Assembly (NCBI RefSeq): GCF_001194135.2
Contig: NC_068999.1
Span: 20,786,878-20,820,698 of the forward strand
DNA length: 33,821 nt
Source of the DNA: Octopus bimaculoides
Taxonomy: Eukaryota
Reading direction: 5' to 3'
In this document: positions 23,368-33,821 of the stretch, piece after piece
Numbering within the stretch: position 1 is the first letter of the stretch
How the letters are laid out: the number at the start of each line of letters is the position of its first letter
Made by a program: the position numbers and the translations under genes
Notes under the pieces: model-generated
What the model was told of the DNA's origin: nothing
The model's input: the letters and a program-made list of their open reading frames with translations, nothing else
Database searches by the model: none

Positions 23368-25343
23368 GGTTAGGGTATAGAGCCAGTTATTACAATATAT
23401 GTATTTCTCATAAAGGAGATAGAAAAATACGACGTTATGCGGGAAAGAAAAGAGACTTTTTTTGAGAATATTCGATGCTGCCTTTCACACAACAGCAACA
23501 ATCCAATTATAGAATACACACGTGACATATTTGATCAGCAAAACCTATAGTTTATGAGTGTTCATGTTTGCGTATGTGTGTTTGTGCGTGAGTATGTATG
23601 TGTGCGTAAGGCAATTATCATCTATCGCCAGCTACATCAACAGGTGAGTGCCTGGCTGGAGGGTGAAAGAGCAGTTCACAGACCAGCTGAAAGTAATTCC
23701 TTTGAGATGCAACAGCAAACCATGTGAAGTCGAGCGCATCTGCCATAGCTGTTCGTTTTGACATCATACTGTTGTGGGTGTATTAAAGCTATGGGGATGA
23801 CTGCATCTAGCTATAACTGGTGAGGCATTCAAAGACGTTAGCATGCTGTGAATATATCCTCATTCAACCAACGTATATACATCCCGTCTGAGTCTAACGC
23901 TGTATATTGAGGTTTGTAATACACAGTAAACAAAATATCCGCAAATGAAGAAGCAAATGGCCGTCATTGAATTGGATGAAGTAGCATTCGCAAGTAAAAA
24001 ATAAGTGTCTGTGTTTGGTGTGCGGTCCAAGCGTCTGTGGTGCATGTGTTTGTGTCTGTGTGTGTGTCTGAAATCTTGTTACTGTGTGTGAGATTCAGCC
24101 AGTGTGAGTATGTATGTGTTGGAATGCGTTTTTGAAATTTTTGCCCTTGACGCCTGTTGTCAGAAGAAAATTTCTTCTTTCCTTTCAAAAACATATACTT
24201 TGTAATTGTCTAAGAAATTTACACAAAATAACACGGCTAAATAATTTTTGAGAAAAATAACTGGCACGCTTAGAGCGAGCAAGTAAGTGCTGAGATTTTA
24301 TATATTGCTGATAATATGGCTGCAAATGTTATATCTGTCATATATAAGAGGATCTGGTGTTAAGTAGATGTCAAGTCGAAATGACATCAACTGCCAGCAT
24401 AGAGATGGTTCATTATGTTGAAGAGTATGAACCAATTTCACACAGGAGTAATTGCAACTGTAGTTCTATTCCAACGGATAGGCCATGATATAACTTGACA
24501 GCTTGTGACCAAATATATAGTATGGTGAAATGGAATGATCAGAATGTCTAAAAATAAAATATCCCCGCATCCGTTTCATAGATCTCTAATAAAAACTAGA
24601 CGACAAATCTCAAAGGAAACATGATAGGACAAATAGGTTCACGACCAAAAATTTTCAATTCACCGAGTTTCTGAGATTTAATTAAAGCAAATAACAATTT
24701 CATTTGCTATTAGAAATGTTCTAAATCAAGCAAATAAACAGACGAGTAGAATGTTAACTTAGATGAAAAAAAAAAAATTGTTTCCTAGATAATGTGTCGA
24801 TTTAACAAGAATTCCTCTTACTTCTGTATGAAGACTGTATATAGATACCGCGTTAGAAACGAACAGATAGATACTAAAAAAGAACAGAAATACAGAAAAA
24901 AATTAGATAGGCAGATATATAGATTGAAAGATGATTAGGAAGTCTTCGAGTGAGTCATTCATATTTAAAAAAATAAGATGGTCGACGCACAGACAGAAAC
25001 ATTGATGAATAGACTAGAATTTGTATTAAGATAGAATTTCTGTGAAATTTTCGATGCGAAATATTCTAATGCAGTTTAATTAAAACGATTGAAAAATCTT
25101 TCCTGCTCATTTCCGGAGAATCAACAGTTTTGTTCGAATTGTTTGAATAAGAAATTCTATTTTTTCTCAAGTTTTAAGACACGCCAGCCATCTGCTGCCA
25201 TCAGATTATAACGGAAAGTACATACACACTTACTCGCTCACACTCTCCCTCTCATACACACTTGTATATGTATGTATATTTACTTCTTTGTGTCCAAATA
25301 TTCATTTATTTGAAATTCTATTTCGATGAATGTATAGATATAC

Positions 25344-25399
<56 letters not shown>

Positions 25400-25954
25400 A
25401 TGTTTATATTCACATATTCAAAAGATACATATATATACATATATGTATGTGTGTGTATCAAAAAGTGAATATACACATTAAAGTAAAATTATCCTATATA
25501 CCAATAAACAAGCTTGCGTATGTAATCACGTATAGGAATAGACGTTAATAAAATTGCGCACAAAAACCCACGGACGGAGATATGTTAATAAACTATTTTT
25601 GAATCATTTCTCTTATTTGTCATGAGAAATACCAAATTTTATGGATGCTAATTTGCATCACTGTCTCATAGATACACATGCATAAATGTATATATGTATA
25701 AGTACTTATATACGCAGATATATATATATAAGGAGATAGATAGATAGATGTGATATTCATATATATGCTTGCGTATATGTATGTATATTAGTGTGTATTC
25801 ATATGTATACGCTATTTAAATAAATTGAATGAAATGTCGATGTAAAGTAGGAGACATACTGTATATTGTGTGTGTATGCGCATAGATACATACACACACA
25901 CATACACATACACACACACACACTCACACACACACACATACACACACACACACA

Positions 25955-25964
25955 NNNNNNNNNN
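25955..25964. other. Short assembly gap between (CA)n and (AT)n
   Basis: N characters. Confidence 1.
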
Positions 25965-26001
<37 letters not shown>

Positions 26002-26874
26002 TGTACGTATATATGTATGTATACATGTTTGTATGGGTGTATTTATCTGCCGTCAGATATGCATGAAATATTTTTTATAATTTCATCAAATACTTTCTCA
26101 TTTAAAATTATGCCTATTCACATTTACATTTACAGCACTTGCTCCGTTCTTATATGCTCGTAGATGTACGTATACTTCCCTTCCATGCATCGGTGAATGA
26201 TAATGACTAAACTCTAAACAAAATAACGAAAAACTATGTGATTCGACTGAGGACAAGGTTAAGTGAATTACTTGGTATTCTGTTTTAAATTGTTATTCAC
26301 GTACTTAATACGTTGATTAATTTTAACTATTTCTATCCAAGATTGATTGAATAGTCGAAGCCTTCAATCTGTTCTGACGCCTATTCACAATCAGCTCTAT
26401 GACTATTGACTCTGGGAATTCATTTCTTTTCGTGCTATATTTTAGATCCATAGTCCCATCTTATTTAATTTGGATTCATATAAACTCATGGCACTAGTAA
26501 CTTTTTCAGACAACTTAAATAAGCGATTAGTTGAACTAATATTTGTTTTGATCAGATATATGTCCGTCACTTTACTCTACAGCTCCAGGCACATATTTAC
26601 ACTTCACAATATATAACCAACGAAGAAATCAGACTGGAATTACTTTTCACTATGTGTATAGGAAAGTGACTATTTTTCGTTGATGTAATTATGTGTATTC
26701 TGTTGTTTCTTTGAAGAGACATTCTGATTTAATCCCTTATTAATTAACATACTCACCGGTTCAATTTCCACTCATTTATTAGATATCAGTCTGCTGACTG
26801 GCATCGTCGGGACGAGTCTTAATGTCACGTGATGTGTCTTTGTTTTGCAGTGCGTCTCCCCTGTTCGTCATTTT

Positions 26875-27960
26875 TTGCGAAACAAAGAAACGTAAAATTG
26901 CTTTCTGCTGAAGAACACGACGGGCGGCCAAAACAGTTTTCATGCTTCCGACAGCTTTCATTGACGCAGACATGAGCAAAACACAAATTTACGAGTAGTT
27001 TTCACGCTTCAGAAATGCCCACTTGTCGCTTGAAGACCAAACTCGTTCAGGGACACCGTCGACCTCCCGAACGAATGGAAACTTCATGAAAATTCATGAA
27101 CTGATCTTGGAGACCCATCATCGAACAATTGACGAAACTGTTGATATGGCTGATGTGTCCTGAAACTCTTGCCAGCGAATTTTCAGCGGTGAATTGGAAA
27201 GGAAAAGAATTGCCTCGCTTGCTCAAAGAAGATGAAAAGCAGTCACGACTGAATGCGTGTCTTGTACTGAAGGAACACTTGGAAATTGATCCTGACCTTT
27301 TTTCGAAGGTCATCACTGGTGATGAAAGCTGGTACTACGGCTACGACCCGCAACTGAAGCAGCAATCACGTTAATAGAAGCATTCAATGACACCAGGCCA
27401 ACCAAAATGCGCGTCAAGTGAAGTCGAATATCAAGACGATGCTGATTTGTTTCATTGATGCAAAAGAAATTGTCCTCACAAAATTTATTTTACCTGGTCA
27501 AACTGTTAACCAGACACTTTAATTGGCAGTTCTGAAGCATTTGCGAGACGCAAACGGCCCGACCTGTGGCAAAATGGAGATTGGTGGTTTGATCATGACA
27601 ATGCACCTGCACACACCACCTTGAGTGTGAGACAGTTTTTGACTAAAAATAGCATGACACCGTTTACTCACCCTCTCTATTCACCCCATCTTGCTATCTG
27701 CGACATTGTTTGTTCCCTCGAATGAAAAAGGCCTTAAAAGAAGATGTTTTGCAGATGTAGAACAGGTGAAAAAAAATCAAGGGGACGTTAAAAGGCATCA
27801 CTCTGCAAGAGCTCCAGGACTGTTTTCAACAATGGGAAACGCGCCTGAACCGAAGCATTGCTTCAAATGAAGAATATTTTGAAGGTGATAAAGGTGGAAA
27901 CGTAAAACTCAGTAAAGAAAATATTACAAAATTCCGCTTTCGTTTGGGTACCACTTCGTA
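26875..27960 (+). pseudogene. Mariner (Tc1/mariner, DD34D) transposase pseudogene with right TIR remnant
   Basis: MSKTQIYE*FSRF...LEDQTRSG, KVITGDESWYYGYDP (D at 27321), HDNAPAH (D at 27597) and YSPHLAICD (D at 27702), giving 34 residues between D2 and D3, ending EYFEGD. Multiple stops and frameshifts. Right end ...tttgggtaccacttcgTA at 27960; left TIR not found. Confidence 0.93.
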
Positions 27961-28166
27961 TAAGTCTAAATGTTTGATTTGAAATGCTTTTTTTTGTCAA
28001 GTATGTGTTCGTTTCTGTGTCAGGGAAAGTCACATTTATTAAAGTTGAATACAAGATAGCTTAAGCAGAGTTTTAGTTGCTTTAGCTTTTGTAATAGATT
28101 GGAATTCTAAAAGGCGTGTGCGAATGGATGAGGTAAACAAAAACACAAATATGGATACTACACACA

Positions 28167-28201
<35 letters not shown>

Positions 28202-28505
28202 NNNNNNNNNNNNNNNNNNNNNNNNNNNNNNNNNNNNNNNNNNNNNNNNNNNNNNNNNNNNNNNNNNNNNNNNNNNNNNNNNNNNNNNNNNNNNNNNNNN
28301 NNNNNNNNNNNNNNNNNNNNNNNNNNNNNNNNNNNNNNNNNNNNNNNNNNNNNNNNNNNNNNNNNNNNNNNNNNNNNNNNNNNNNNNNNNNNNNNNNNNN
28401 NNNNNNNNNNNNNNNNNNNNNNNNNNNNNNNNNNNNNNNNNNNNNNNNNNNNNNNNNNNNNNNNNNNNNNNNNNNNNNNNNNNNNNNNNNNNNNNNNNNN
28501 NNNNN
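28202..28505. other. Assembly gap
   Basis: N characters. Confidence 1.
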
Positions 28506-28584
28506 CGGTATAATCGACTTAATCCGTTTGTCTGTCCTTGTTTGTCCCCTCTGTGTGTAGCCCCTTGTGGGTAGTAAAGAAATA
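28506..28584 (+). mobile_element. 3' tail of a family-B-related SINE variant; the 5' part probably lies in the gap
   Basis: ataatcgacttaatccgtttgtctgtccttgtttgtcccctctgtgtgtagccccttgtgggtagtaaagaaata. It shares aatcgactt with the SINE at 11598-11812; the tail is recalled from octopus repeats. Confidence 0.6.
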
Positions 28585-29049
28585 ACACACACACACACAC
28601 ACACACACAGACACACACACACACACGAACGCATACACGCACACACAAATATATATATAAATTTATATATATATATATATATATATACATAACGGCATAA
28701 AATGCAGAAATCATAGACAGGAAAGACGTAGCCTAAGCATGCAAAACTAAATCCGAATAACCACATTGTTACCAATTGTGAAAATAGGACATCTAAATAT
28801 TATCTTCTTATGAGACATGATGTGATCACGAAAACAGTTTTGAACATGAAAATGAATGTACCACGAACAAAGTGAACTATGTGAGGAGCGGTGAGCTAAA
28901 CTGAATATTAGTGAAACTTAAAAGTCAATATACCCGCCATGTTAAAACATAACCTTCCAGATATTGTGCGAGACCACAAGAAAAAATAGACGATCTGGAA
29001 AACAGCTGCCCTCTGGACACCAATGTGCTCAAAAAACGATCCTTTAAAT

Positions 29050-29327
29050 CAGTGGATCCCTGAGGGTCCGTATAAGATCTTTGGTGTCCACGCAACAAGG
29101 GCTTCTGAAAAAATTTTGCTTTAGATGTATGTATTGGTATGAATTGCAAGAAACAGCAGGGTTTCGTTCTCTAACATTTTACGAAGTCAATGGGTGAAAA
29201 CAAAATAGGGATTTTGAAAGAAGCTTCTATAAAAATAGTTTTTATACATCGAATGGCTGTGCGGGTCCACCAGAATAAGATAGTAATCAAGGGGGACACA
29301 TAGATAAAAAATAGTTGAGAAACCCTG
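29050..29327. mobile_element. hAT-type MITE, 278 bp, left TIR damaged
   Basis: Perfect 8-bp TSD ctttaaat (29042-29049 and 29328-29335). It starts CAGTGG and ends GTTGAGAAACCCTG. Confidence 0.85.
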
Positions 29328-29479
29328 CTTTAAATCTTAAGAAAGTACTGCATAGATTTACTGTCCCAACTATCGTGAACATATGAAGAGTATGAATTAA
29401 GTTGCACTCTTGCACCTTTGCCTTCTTATCTGGATTACATTTTATACTTTATTAAACCCACACATTGGTTTTACCGATA

Positions 29480-29607
29480 TGATACATAGAAGTTCAACCG
29501 CTGAAGGATTTTGATCTTATAACTACGATGCAAATGTGTATATAGCCTCAAGATGGTGTTGAATGTTGAACTGGAAATACCCAGTCTTTCTACACTTCGA
29601 GGACCTG
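29480..29607 (-). mobile_element. Short fragment resembling the HTH region of a Tc1/mariner-superfamily transposase
   Basis: Minus translation GPRSVERLGISSSTFNTILRLYTHLHRSYKIKILQRL resembles the recalled motif S.R...LGIS.STV..IL...L.L.PYKIQ..Q.L. Confidence 0.45.
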
Positions 29608-29619
29608 GATATATATATA

Positions 29620-31453
29620 TTGAGTTAACCCGAACGCAATCATTTCTGAGTTGACCGCTGTGTTGTATACATTCGTGTGTTGTGCTGTGCTTTTGCCTTC
29701 CAATCTTATTGTACTGTGCAATGTTTCTCTTCATTAGCCCTTAGTCTTGGCTCCAAAGAAAGCTAGCTTTCGCTTTACCAGTGATACTGTTAAAGGAAAA
29801 AGAATGTTTAAGAGAAATCTATTGAAGTGAAGAAAGAAATTATCGCAAAACACGTGAATGACGTTCGTGTGTTAGCTCTCGCTGTGCAATACAGTATGCC
29901 TAAATCGACAATATCTACTATTCTAAAATATAAGGTAGTGATAAAAGCAGCTAACTGCTATTAATAAACAAAGACCAAAGATACTCGAAGAAGTGGAAAA
30001 GATTATTGCTTATTTTTATAAAGGAGAAACAGTTAGAATGTGGCTGTATCAGTGAAGCATCTTTTGTGAGAAAGCATTAGAAATTTATAATGATATAGTA
30101 AATAAAACCCTTGGTACCCTGCTACAGGTGCTGTATGTGACACTTTTGAATTCAACGGTAGTAGAGGCTGGTTCGAGAAAGTTAAGAAGATAAGTGCAAT
30201 ACACAGTGTAATTAGGCATGAATACAATGTTATGTAGAGACAATTGCCTGTTCTCCGACGGGCTTATACGAAGGCTTGGACAATCTTTTATTGTGTGGAT
30301 TCAAGAAGTTTCTATCCCGGGTGTTAAAAAATATCAGCAAGAAAAACAAAACTTGCCACTTAGATGCCTTCTCGTGTTAGACAATGCTCGCGATCACCCT
30401 GCAGGTTTGGAGGATGACTTAGCTGAAGAGTTTGATTTAATTCAGGTCAAATACCAGCTAACACAACACCTCTAATACAAACAATGGACCAACAGGTCAT
30501 TGCAAACTTGAAGAAACTTTACACAAAAGCTCTGTTTCGAAAGTGTCATCAATTCACTAATGACACTAAGAGAATTTGGGAAAAATCATTTCAATAATCT
30601 GAATTGTGTTAATCTTATTGATAATGCATCGAAACAAATGAGTTACAAAACCATTGAATTCAGCATGGAAGAAACTTTGGCCAGAGTGTATACCAGTACG
30701 AGATTTGAGGGCGTTCACAGAGCTACAGGTACTGGGTACTGCTGCTGTTGAGGAAATTGCTATTGTTCAAGATATTATCTCTACGGGGAAAACTATGGGC
30801 TTGGATGTCGACAGTGAAGATATTGAAGAGCTGGTAGATCACCAAAATGAGCTTACCACCGAAGAGCTCGTACACTTTCAAAATGAACAGCAAAAGATTT
30901 CGACTGAGGAAATGTCTGAGGAGGAGAAATGAAAGGAGGATGTCCCAAGTTCTTTAAACAAAGAAATCTGTGGTAAATGGGGTGATGTGCAAAGTTTTGT
31001 GGGAAAATATCACCCTGATAGAGTGGTAGCAAATAGAGCAATAAACCTCTCCAATAACAATGTCATGTTTTTTTAGTAAGGTTTTACAGAGCAGGCAAAA
31101 ACAACTAACAGTGGATAGGTTTTTACTGAATGAAAAGAAAGAAAAGAAACCCCAGAGAAAGATTTACCTGAGCCAAAGTGACAGAGAAGGGAAGAAACCC
31201 CCGAAAGACAGTTACCAGAATTTACTAAGAAATAACACACTTTTGTGTGTTATTTACAGTTTGAATATACATTTTCATACTAAAATATATAGCATAAGTA
31301 TGTAAATAAACTTTCATATGTTGCTTGGAAACGAATTAATCTCTTCTACATTTATTGTAATGGAGAAAAAAATGATTCGGTTCTCGAACAATTCAGCTTT
31401 AGAACAGACTTTCAGAACAAATTATGGTCGAGAACCGACGAGATTGCTCTGTA
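29620..31453 (+). pseudogene. Tigger/pogo-family transposon relic (CENP-B-type HTH plus partial DDE domain), internally deleted
   Basis: From 29747: (L)APKKAS...SIEVKKEIIAKH...MPKSTISTILK, SRGWFEK...IHSVIRH, LPLRCLLVLDNARDHP, NTTPLIQTMDQQVIANLKKLY, NSAWKKLWPEC, EELVDHQNELTTEEL, KQLTVDRF. The first catalytic DETG block is absent. The right end terminates ...ctgTA (31453) as Tigger ends do; the left boundary is approximate. Confidence 0.9.
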
Positions 31454-33544
31454 CATACATAACTGTTTGTATATGCATGTGTATTTGTATGTGTGTGCTA
31501 AGTTTGACCTCACGGAATTTTGATATGAAAACGTGTGTTGAAACAATATTGTTATAGTTTAGAATAATGATATTGTTGAAGGCTATAAATAAACACACTC
31601 ACACGTTGTTGTTTCTTCATTTTAGCTATATTATTTATTTTTCCAGATATTTTCATTCGCGCTATTTCCGTGAACTTCTGAATAGATTTTCGTTGTCAAA
31701 TGATTTAGGTGTATTAACGTGTGTTGTTTTGTTATCTTTGTATGGCAAACCTGTAATAATAGTGATGGGTATAGTTTCAGTTTTTATTAATGTATTTACA
31801 TAATTTCTTTCTTTTGTTTCCTTCCGTTGTTGCTAGCGTAAGAATACGTGTTGTATGTGTGTGCGTATGTCTGTGTGCGTGTGTGTGTGTGTGTGTCGTA
31901 TCTCTGTGTGCATATGTGTGTCTCGTATCAGTTTGTGGTGAATAATGTGAATGCAAATTTCCAGGAAAAGAAAACATAAAGCAAACATCAAGAGCCAACA
32001 ACAGTTTGAATGTATTTAAGGCTTTCACAATATCATTTGTCCAAAACATAATATTGTTTCAAGGCATGTTTTCATATTCAAATTCAAAAAGATCAAATTT
32101 AATAAAACACACATATACATACAAGCATTTACATTCGTACACATACACGCACACACATACAATCTTCATACACGCATGATTTTAAACTTAATGTATCCTT
32201 ATTTTTGTATTAAAACACTGGTGGGTTCTTGATAGGTGGGGCGTTGTTATTCCATTCATTATTATATTTGGAATGTAGTTGGTGTCACCCTCTGCTGTGC
32301 TTTTTAATGTTGGCTCTGTTGGACGCTTCGAAAGAATTCTTACATTTTAAATCTTTTATTGATTCAATGTATCTTTGGACGGTTTATTGATATAGTATGA
32401 ATGTCAGATACAAAGCTTCAGGCATGTAAAGCATTGCGTAATGTTTATTTCACCTGCGGATTCCATAAAGGATACATCTGCCTATGGAATAATCTGCCAT
32501 TTATAATCTATGTCAAATAAAATATAGTTCTATAGATAAAAACCTTCAAATAGTTATCATCGAAACCGACGGAGATCCAATCACTATGTTGTTCTGCATG
32601 TAACGCAAGTAGTGGCATACGAATTAATGACATACGGAACAGCATGTCTTTTGGAGATGCAATAAATTATTGCGGCTGTTTGTATACGTGTTGTGCAAAT
32701 TGTTATATATCATCTATGGACATTTCTATTATTTTTCCATTTAGCTAAGACAAGTGATTGCAAAGTCATTAGATCGCCAAGAAATTTCTCGCACACCATT
32801 TCTATGACCTATTAGTTTATAATTCAGGTTTTCCCTCCGCAGTTAATTTATGTACCGGCCAATTACTTAGCTCGATTTACACTAGTTTGCTTCATCCCCA
32901 AATATGCTACCAATGTAAATGTATATTTTGTTTTCAGTGTAAGAAATTGCTATTACATTCTCCTATAACGTAAGAAGGTAAAGAAAAATAAAATTAAAAC
33001 AAAAACCATTGAAGAGTATAAAAAAGTGTAAAATTCGGTGTCGCCATCTTTGCAATATTCAATATAAAAGCTCAACGTGAATTTACCACATGAGAAACCT
33101 AAAATAATATGGAAATAAAGAAAAAAATAATCGCAGCACCCTTTATTCGATATTATTATTCTGCGAAATCCTGATAAAATAATCTATTTGCTATAGCCAG
33201 TCTGTAGATGATAGAGATGAAAGACTACGAAGATGAATAGACGAGACCTTACAACGTGTTACATTGTTTATAAATATTTATTCCTTGAGTATCATTTGCA
33301 TTACATACATAATTCTGGAATAAAATAGAACATCTAATACCGAAAATCATCAGGGAACTGGAAGAGACAAGATTTTACAAGAACACACACACAAAAAGAA
33401 ACACAATGAAACTATACATAGCTACTTACTAGCTAATGTTCTCAAAAATTGTCCATTGTAGAAGAGTCGTGTATGTGCCTATTCATATATGTGTAATTGC
33501 CTGTGTATATGAGAAGGAGAGACGCAGAAAAGGAGGAAGAGATG

Positions 33545-33547
33545 GTG

Positions 33548-33588
<41 letters not shown>

Positions 33589-33768
33589 ATATATATATAC
33601 ATACATATAGATATAGATATGGATGTGTGTGTGTACGTGCACAAAAGCACAGATGCACACCTTCATTTTTGTATATGTATACATATACTACAAACACAGA
33701 CACACATACGACTAACATTTACATACACAACGTCACACACATACACACACACACATGCACACACACAA

Positions 33769-33821
<53 letters not shown>
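33545..33821. repeat. (AT)n/(CA)n compound microsatellite region
   Basis: Directly visible. Confidence 0.9.

Noticed and set aside
23625-23650. Possible 12-nt microexon (cgccag|CTACATCAACAG|gtgagt)
   Set aside because: The donor is good but the polypyrimidine tract is poor; it cannot be supported without RNA-seq.
29155-29165. Apparent left TIR agcagggtttc matching the end at 29327
   Set aside because: It has no TSD; the true element boundary with a perfect ctttaaat TSD is at 29050.
32150-32900. Possible very old LINE (L1/Tx1-like) remnant on the minus strand
   Set aside because: Only a vague protein-like texture across many stops; no diagnostic RT or endonuclease motif could be read.
33042-33050. 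YY1-like motif CGCCATCTT (similar motifs near 9705 and 28935)
   Set aside because: Short motifs are expected by chance, and there is no CpG-rich promoter context or linked gene start.

Overview
AT-rich, microsatellite-dense eukaryotic DNA with 8 N-gaps. It is mostly transposon debris and looks intronic or intergenic. The SINE families match, from memory, the abundant tRNA-derived SINEs of Octopus, so a coleoid cephalopod origin is inferred but not verified by search. There is no intact protein-coding gene, prokaryotic system or CRISPR array. Recognisable decayed elements are: the 3' end of an RLE-type (HERO/NeSL-like) LINE (1.0-1.6 kb), a CR1-group LINE RT fragment (2.4-3.2 kb, minus), an RTE-type 3' tail (5.7-5.9 kb), several SINE pieces, a Penelope-like GIY-YIG endonuclease fragment (22.0-22.5 kb), two hAT-type MITEs with 8-bp TSDs, a DD34D mariner pseudogene (26.9-28.0 kb) and a Tigger/pogo pseudogene (29.7-31.5 kb). 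The most notable unexplained structures are a nearly spacer-less ~890-bp palindrome (20744-21632, ~97.5% arm identity), a ~210-bp hairpin with a hammerhead-ribozyme-like core on each arm (4696-4908), a second decayed hammerhead-like core (11116-11153), inverted SINE heads around a gap, and one orphan candidate terminal coding exon (15518-15647). None of these is demonstrably a new biological system; they are leads to test.
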